DNA of 64,000 bases from the human T2T-CHM13v2.0 reference genome, Homo sapiens: NCBI RefSeq assembly GCF_009914755.1, contig NC_060935.1; one strand, 5' to 3'. This document shows positions 55,403 through 64,000 of the stretch, one piece after another (within the stretch, counting starts at the first letter, position 1; every line of letters begins with the position of its first letter). The notes below the pieces were generated by a model. It was given only the letters and a program-made list of their open reading frames with translations, ran no database searches and was not told the DNA's origin. The translations under genes were made by a program, and so were the position numbers.

Positions 55403-55480
55403 TAATGAAGTAATCCGAGGTATAGCGGGATTCTGGATAGGCTGGGTTGACTCCATTAACTTGATATGGTTTCACATCCT
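55403..55480 (-). CDS. ETS1: ETS1 coding exon V, 78 nt ([27 protein letters not shown])
   Basis: Absent from the ORF track and read manually. Acceptor ttcattacag|AG GAT; donor ATT A|gtaagt. Confidence 0.97.
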
Positions 55481-56792
55481 CTGTAATGAACAGATAGGGA
55501 AGGAACAAAGAGGTCAATATTCAAGTCATGCTTGGCCTAAAAGGATCTTGGATGCAAAGACCACAATGATCTCAACCCCTTTTCTAAGAAATCTGCATAC
55601 TCATTAACTGGGTTGGTATCTGAGTCTGTCCTGACTGTGGCCTTGTCTAAAGATGAGATCAAAAAAATATGACTAAGGTTATTATTTCAGTAGCTGCAAA
55701 ATGGGATTTAGTATCTTGGAAAGAGAATCCATGAGTAATCTCTAAGGGCTCAGAAGGCATTCAGCATTCATTCTCAATGCATTCGTGCTGCGTGTATGTC
55801 GACCACACTATAGCCAAAGGCTTGAGTACATCCCAGGTTAGCAGGATCAATCCCCAACCCCCAAACTAATCAATTTCAAAATTTCTCAAAAATATATTGC
55901 AGTCTTTAGGCCATAGATTTTACGTTCTCCATTTCCTCTAACAGATGTCTGGTTTTTGTTTTGTATTTTTCCCATTGCCCTCAGGTTTCAAGTTCAGGCC
56001 CAGACAAGAAGCAGGACACTGGTAAGGTGACTCCATTTGGTGAAATGCGACTGCGCTTGTGTCAAGGGAGAGAAGAGCAACCCAGTCAAGCTCCTGCCCA
56101 GATGCCAACTCCCCTAGGAAAAGGAGAGGAAGGGAGACGAAGTGCACCTGCGGACAGAAAGCTCTGCACGACCCTGCAGTAAGCCTGGGATCCTCTAATT
56201 ACCCTGGAACAAATGCCATGGCTCCGATTCTTGTATGGAGTAGTCTGATTATATTTCACCATAAGAATCTGACATAGAGTATGGGTTTGGGTTTTTCCTC
56301 AGGTATTTGATAGCTTGTTAGGAGCAAAGTCTGATGGGAAAACAAGTTTATGCCTGCACAGAAAAACAGTTCCCAGTTGAGATAAAATGATTAAACTTTG
56401 CTTTAGCAGTTTATCAGATTGAAACATCCCCGTACCTTTCACCTTCCACCCCACCCCAAACAGCTATGTTCTTTTGCTGCTGTGTTGCTTTAATTACAGA
56501 ACAAAAGCTGTAGCCTCAGCACAAACATCATGCTCATCTCTTCAAGTAACTGAACCTGAAGAGGGAGAATTCTTTCTGCCTCTCTCAACAGAATATTGGG
56601 TGGGAAGATATGACTTTTGCTCTCAAACATACTGACTTATATCCTAATTCTCTTAAATTTTCTTACATTATTCCTTTACCCTAAGTGAGGCCAAACCAGT
56701 CTTAGGGGCCAGAAGGCCCCTGTGAATCCACATTATTATACAAAAAGCACAGGATGGGATGTTAAATTTTAAGTTAAATAAAAATATATTGA

Positions 56793-57225
<433 letters not shown>

Positions 57226-58625
57226 TTATTTTGATAATCCAAAGAGAAAATGTATTTGAAAGCACTTTGGAAACAGGGAGACATGATAGAGATATTAATT
57301 GTAACTACAATCAGAGATGGGCTTAGATAGCCCAAAACACCTGGCAGCTCCATTTTGATAAATGGAGGAAAACAGCCTCTTAGTAGAATATACTGGGTTA
57401 CACAGTCTGATTGAATCTGCTATTGTGTTTAGAAGTCAACAGTCAAATCAGATCTGTTAGGAGCCTGCCGTATCGTTTCCCTCTATAAACAGGTCGCTCA
57501 TGTCAACACCTATGAGTGGGTGTCTGTGCATGGAGAACATGCCGGTGCTTTGCAACTGCCTGCCATCCTCGGTAAAAGCAGCCACAGAAAGACTCACCTA
57601 GTTCTTTCCTGTATTCCTTTATGTCTTATTTTTCAACAGAAAGTGAAAAGAAGGAATAAAGATAACATTTTTGAGCACAGAGAAATCTAGTTTGGGTCTC
57701 TCTTGAGCACTGCAGAATGGAATATATTCTTAACCAAAGGAAGGTATAATGCGGGGTAAAAGTGCTAATCCTGAGTTTTGCTCCCCTCCCCCAGCGTCTG
57801 TGCCAAGGGTTAGAGCTGATGACCACAGGGAAAGGATGGGCCTGGGTTAGAGAGGGCAATGGGCTTCTAGGCTTACAGTCAGCTGAAGGGCACTGCTGAC
57901 TGCTGGTAACTGCAATTTATTTTAAGAAAAAATTCAAAAAAATAAGCACAAAAACACCCAAGTTTGCCGCCTGCTGCTGTTTCTATACTCAGCCAGGACT
58001 GTGGTACATGAGTCACTTGGTCCAAAAAGGTTGGAAGAGGCTGTTAGGGGAGGCCATGTCATTATAAGGTTGCAACATAGCGTCCTGATATAACCCCAGT
58101 TCCTGCTCCAGATGTAAAAGGTATGATGCACTACTGCAATTCCAATTCAGTTAGTGGGCAGAGAAATCTGTCTTATTAATACGGTCTCAGACGCTAAGCT
58201 TTCCCGGGATGTGATGAGGTATTATGGGGCATGCATCAAGGCAGTGTGTATTAAGATTGCAGAAAACAAAAACAAAAACAAAAACAAAAACTATTCTTGG
58301 GTTGGCTGTGGGCACTGCTTGTTCAACCAGGGCATGGGTTTGAGATAAGGACCTGGATTAGAATGTTGCAATCCAAGAAGCTTCAGTGGTACAATCTTGC
58401 TGAAGATTAATATCTGAACCCCCAATATGTAGAAGAAAAAGAAATTACACTCATCTAAGAGTACCTGCTGTATGCTGAGCAGTGTACTAGGCACATTCCC
58501 ACATACGTCCTACAGTAGGACACCCACAGATAAAGGCATTGACGTCCCACCATTGGGTGAGCCCCCTACCTACTCTCACAGCAACCCCACATAACCTCCA
58601 CCTCTCTCTGTTTCCACATATTTAC

Positions 58626-58826
58626 CTTTCTGCAGGATCTCTAGATGTTCCCATAAGATGTCCCCAACAAAGTCTGGGGCCAGCTCGAGAAAGCAGTCTT
58701 TACCCAGGGCGCAGAGGGCTGCTCCATTCATACAGAACTTCTGGAAGTCTACACCTTTCAGGCTGAATTCATTCACAGCCCACATCACCCAGTCCCGAAC
58801 ATGGGTTTCTGTCCACTGCCGGGGGT
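58626..58826 (-). CDS. ETS1: ETS1 coding exon IV, 201 nt, PNT/SAM domain core ([20 protein letters not shown]...WEHLEILQK)
   Basis: Acceptor ttcctcag|AC; donor AAA G|gtaaat; overlaps ORF 58576..58788. Confidence 0.98.
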
Positions 58827-59504
58827 CTGAGGAAAGAGATCAGATGAAGATCCAGCAGGTCGGGCTTTTAACTCCTATCCAAGCCTCAGAGAGGACACTG
58901 AAGGAGCTGAATTTAGCTGAGAATGCTATCTTTATTCATCGAATGAGGAAGCATCAGCCTAGCCTGCACATCATTGAGTGCCTTCCATAACCCTCCCCTC
59001 CATATTCAACATCTCCGCCTTCTCTATTTCACCAGCTAGGAGGTCACTACTGCCAGCCAAAAAGTACCACATGAGTATTCTCTGTCCTTGCAGGCAAAGA
59101 TTTCCATGAATCTCCTCTCTCACTGCCTTATTCCCATTGGACTTTTTTAAAGCCCTGAACAGAACAAATGGCTTCTTTAATAGCAATAATAACAAGAGAT
59201 TGCTCATGCCTCTCCCTGCTCTTAACTATAATATACTTGAGACTATTATTCTCGATTATTTTTTATCTTAGCCAATTATAGTGGTAACAATTGTAGCAAT
59301 TAGTAGTAGTCATTCATTCAAATGGCACTTGGTAATAACATTATTAGGTGCCTGTATTATACCAGATACTCTGCAAAGTCTGTACTTATCATAAGCTATA
59401 GCTTGAGTAGCACTGTAGTATTGATAACATGCAATCTTCATACATGACCTGAGGTTTAACCTGGCTACACCCACCAATGACACTTAGAAGTTCAGATGAC
59501 AGCA

Positions 59505-59582
59505 GGTGTAATGCCCAACATCAGAGCTGTTCCAAGAGATCCAGAAGTGATTCTAGTGTGCAGGCAAGTTTGAGGACCACTG
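59505..59582. mobile_element. MER5A-like hAT DNA transposon end fragment
   Basis: gtgattctagtgtgcaggcaagtttgaggaccactg matches the MER5A terminus. Confidence 0.55.
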
Positions 59583-59792
59583 TCTTCATACCAAGATGGC
59601 AAGAACAAGCCCAGGAGATGGGGCAGCCTCAGTATGTGTGTCATGATTGTCCTAACAGATGGCAGCCATGGCCCATAGCTGCTGACTCCAATGTGGTTAG
59701 TGTAACGTCTGCCTCACACACTCCAGGTGAGAAAATGTGTCTTCCCAAAGGGTCTGACCCCAACCACTCTTTTTCCAACTACAAAACCATAC

Positions 59793-59912
59793 CTTTTGGG
59801 ATCCCCAGTCGTTGCTGTTCTTTAGTGAAACCACTGAAAGTAGCTTTTAATGCTTGAGACATCATTTCTTTGCTGCTTGGAGTTAATAGTGGGACATCTG
59901 CACATTCCATAT
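59793..59912 (-). CDS. ETS1: ETS1 coding exon (classical exon III), 120 nt, (D)[39 protein letters not shown](D); contains the ERK site Thr38 (PLLTP)
   Basis: Acceptor ttttcatgcag|AT ATG; donor AAA G|gtatgg; phase 1 at both ends; translation matches ETS1. Confidence 0.98.
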
Positions 59913-60005
59913 CTGCATGAAAAAATTGCATATGAATAACAAAAATTACATAGGTAATGAACCAATCATAAAACATTACAAATGGGCTGTAAGAAGGCAA
60001 GCTGA

Positions 60006-60529
<524 letters not shown>

Positions 60530-60547
60530 TGAAAATGAAATAACAAT

Positions 60548-61130
60548 ATTCATTCATTCAACAAATGATTATCTAGCACTTGCTTTGTGCAAGGAATTAA
60601 AGAAACAACAGTGAGCAACACAGAAATAGTCTCTACAGGAGCTAGCTATCTGATTCTTGCAGTAGATTCAGCCACTAAAAATCTATCTACACAGTTAAAT
60701 GTTCAAATGCAATGTCAATAAGGGCTTCAAAGGAGAAGTACATGATGCAACATTAATGTGCAACAGGAATTCCTGGAAGTCTGAAGGAAACAGGAAAGGC
60801 CTCCCTTAGAAGATGAGAGATGTTTGACCTGAATTGTGAAGGATGCATGAGAATTTAGGAAGAAAAGAATACTCCAGATCAGTGGTTCTCAAAGTGTAGT
60901 CCTCAGAGCAGGGACATCAGCATCAACTACAAAAAGATCATTTTGTTTTAAGATCACCTTATCCGTTCTGTAAAGAGTGATTTAGGGGTGAGTATGAATG
61001 GATGAGCAAGACATTTTAGAAAGTTATTGCATCAGTCCTGGTGAGAGAGGATGGTGGCTTTGACTACAAAAGTGGCAAGGCAGATAACATAAGTGAACAT
61101 GACTTCAAGTCAACTTGAAGTGCATACAGG
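60548..61130 (-). mobile_element. L2 fragment with an embedded MER5A-like end (~60879-60930)
   Basis: ttcattcattcaacaaatgattatctagcac is an L2 tail; cagtggttctcaaagtgtagtcc is a MER5A-like terminal inverted repeat. Confidence 0.6.
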
Positions 61131-64000
61131 ACGAAAAATCTATAAAGCTTGGTTAGTGTCAGTAGTGAAGAAGAGTGAGGCATTACAGCCTGCAGATTTG
61201 CAAATGTATCATCATTTGCCACACCCACATGCACCTTAATCTCTGCTATGTCCATCCAGATCCTCCTGTATTTGCAGACCATGTTCACGATGTTGGTACA
61301 TAAATACAGCTGAACGTAAACATCTTCTGAATTAACCTCAGGCACAGTTTCCCACAAAAAGTGAATAAGCAAAGAAATGAGCTGAGAATCCCTACTAGCT
61401 TTCCTGTTACCTTTTGACAGTGATACACTTTACCAAAGTGATTTCTAGAAACCTGAATCTTCAGTGTATCCCATGAAACTGACTTATAAAATGACTAAGT
61501 TCCAGGCAAGGCTACTACAGAAATTCTTCAACTGGCCATTTCTAAACTTTGCTTCGTTAAAAAATATTCCCCGGACACAAACAATGTGTTATGGGCTGAA
61601 TGAAATTAAGCATAGGATAAACCTCTGAAGAAAGGAGCAAATATATTGCCTCTGAATGTCGAACTAAGTGGAGATTACACTGCATAAAAGAAGGACAGGT
61701 GGCACTTTCTCTCTTGTTTGCTTTTAGTGATGCTGTCAGGAAACTGCTAGAGTCCAGGCTGTGCCCTGGAAGGACAGAAGGGCTCCCTAGCTGCTCTTCC
61801 AGGCCTTGCCAATGACGAGGAATCTGAAGTTCCAGGGAGTGGTAAGTTTGGGTTGCCCTGGGACATGCCCAAAAAAATCTAGTGGAAAAAATCAACATGT
61901 CTCCAGGAAGGTTAACAAAATGATGGAAAATCCCAGATTGTTAGGGGGAAGTAATTGGGGGAGGGGATAGAATGTTGATTACATAACATCCAGCCCTTCA
62001 AACAATGGAGTAATCATCAAATGAGTCACTAAGAAACACATGGCTGCTCCCCATCCATCCCCACTCTACACCTCCAAGAACAGCTAAGCGGCAGGTCCAG
62101 AAATGTCTTCCCTTAGAGTAGAAATCAGTTTTACTTTAGAGAAAAGGGCTCTCTAGTTAACCAGAGAGTATTGCTTCTGAGAGAAGAAACAACTGTAGCA
62201 GCCCCAGCTCCCAGCACATGGCTAAACACACAAGTCAATCAACAAATGTTGAGTGAATTAAATTTTTCCAAATTTCAAGCAACTTTCCTCCCTTCACCCC
62301 CATCCAACACAAATTCATTAACTTGAACTGTGTGGGTTTTGTTGTGTGTGTTTGTTCCCTCCATTAGATTTATGACTTGATGAAAAGGACCTTACTGATG
62401 GCGGAAATTGGCCAGGACAACACATGTGGAAAACACAGGCCAGGCCAAATGGACAAGCAGTGGTTCTGCTGTAGCGGGAACTGAAGAATGAGACTGACTA
62501 GGAGGCCCCCAGAATCTTCTCAACATGAAAGCTGGGACAGTGGGATGCCAGTGTGAGGTGACAGCCAAGGACGACAGCAGAAAGCCTGAAAAAGAAGTTC
62601 CTTGAGTCTGCCTCCCATAACTACACAAGCCCTGGCAGTGTGGTCTGGACAGGACTGCTGAGCTGACAATTCTCCACGTAGGTTTCTGCTTCCTGTCAGG
62701 GGGCAGGCACTTCTGGGTTCTCACTTGTTCTCTCCCAGGAAAGCAGCTAGAATTACTTTTGCCTTTCCACCTCAATGCCATCTCCACAAGCCCAGTCCAC
62801 GTGCTGTTGGGGCCCCATCAGAGGTGCCTGGCTCTGCCCCTCTGGCTGTGAGACTCAAGTGCTAGATCTCTTTAAAAAAAGGGTTCACATCCCAGCTGGG
62901 GGAAACCATCCCTGTCCACTTAGGACACTTGCATTTGGACTTGATCAGCTCCAGAGAAGGCACAGCATTGTCTTTGGAGCCAAAGGATTCAGATGTAAAA
63001 GTCAGAACTTTATCCTATAAAGTGTGGAATTGTAGTTTAAAAAGAAAAAAAAAGTCAAACTCCCTTCTATAACTAAGTGAACAGTTGGCAAAGATTGTCT
63101 TTTTCGGTTGTGTGAGCATTGCTCTTAAGTGATGACTAATCATGCTCAAAAATGTATATTAAATAGAAAATAAACTCACCATATAAAATACTAATTCAAA
63201 AATTCTCTTCATGTTGTTTGCAGATTGTAGCAGTTCTGTTCAATATACTCATCAAAAACAATGACAAAATCATTACACGGGTGAAAAATCTGACATGACT
63301 TAGCCTAAGCAGATATCGCTTTACTCTTAAAATACTTTACTTCATCACCTATTATAATATTTTTACATTAGGTACAAAATATTTCTAATTTTAGAATCAG
63401 TGTCTGAAAGTTAATCACTACCTCCATAGACATTAACTAATTATATTTTATGGAAAAATACTGAAATCTCCTTTGTGCTAATAATTACAATATCTTAAAT
63501 TCAAATAACATATTTGTTTCAAAATGCTGAGAATCCGGCCTGGAGAAACACTACGCCAACACAGTGGAGATTCTAAACACAACGCACTGGAAAATGAGGA
63601 CATAAATATATTGCAATTATATTAGATTTCCTGCCCACTGATTATTCCTTGGGACCCCAAATTTCAGTTAATATTTATAGGAATTCCCCTAGACCTCTGA
63701 AAGGACAGTTGTGCAGAAGCTGGTGATTAAATAACCATTGCAGGAGATTGCACAGTATTTAGACAGAAGTGAGCAGGTAGCTTTCTCTGAATCTACAGAA
63801 GAATAAGCTAGTGGCATTTTGAATGCAGGGAAACATCTGCTCATTTTTCATTGTGGCCTAACCCTGAACCACCTCATAGATGTTTCAAGTGAAATGTAAA
63901 ACAAGGGTTTCCATTCACTTACATGTAACTCAAAGTTAAGGGCTGTTCAGTTTCCAAGAACCTTCCAGGGTGTTTCATGTGTCTTTTCATACCACTCTTT

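Overview
Primate (almost certainly human) genomic DNA containing the 3' portion of the ETS1 proto-oncogene on the minus strand. Seven coding exons with canonical GT-AG boundaries (59793-59912, 58626-58826, 55403-55480, 54157-54405, 49527-49787, 32856-32974, 31708-31923) splice to residues 28-441 of ETS1 p51, covering the PNT domain, transactivation region, exon VII autoinhibitory region and ETS domain. The first coding exon and promoter lie beyond position 64000. A ~3.6 kb 3'UTR ends near 28108. Positions 1-28000 are downstream intergenic DNA rich in LINE-1, Alu, MIR, L2 and LTR elements, with an orphan CpG-rich patch at ~20.6-21.4 kb. Nearly all other ORFs in the track are repeat-derived or spurious. 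I found no wholly new gene system. The most interesting structural signals are: (i) five consecutive symmetric phase-1 exons with inverted Alus flanking the PNT exons, predicting stop-less circRNAs; (ii) exon VII starting with GTAAAC, a possible recursive-splicing route to p42; (iii) an L1PA insertion with a short 3' transduction between two poly(A) tails; (iv) a ~57-bp non-TE templated duplication in intron VI; (v) a GGAA microsatellite within ETS1 itself; (vi) a 3'UTR dense in miRNA sites and alternative poly(A) signals. Repeat subfamily calls and literature links are from memory, not database searches.
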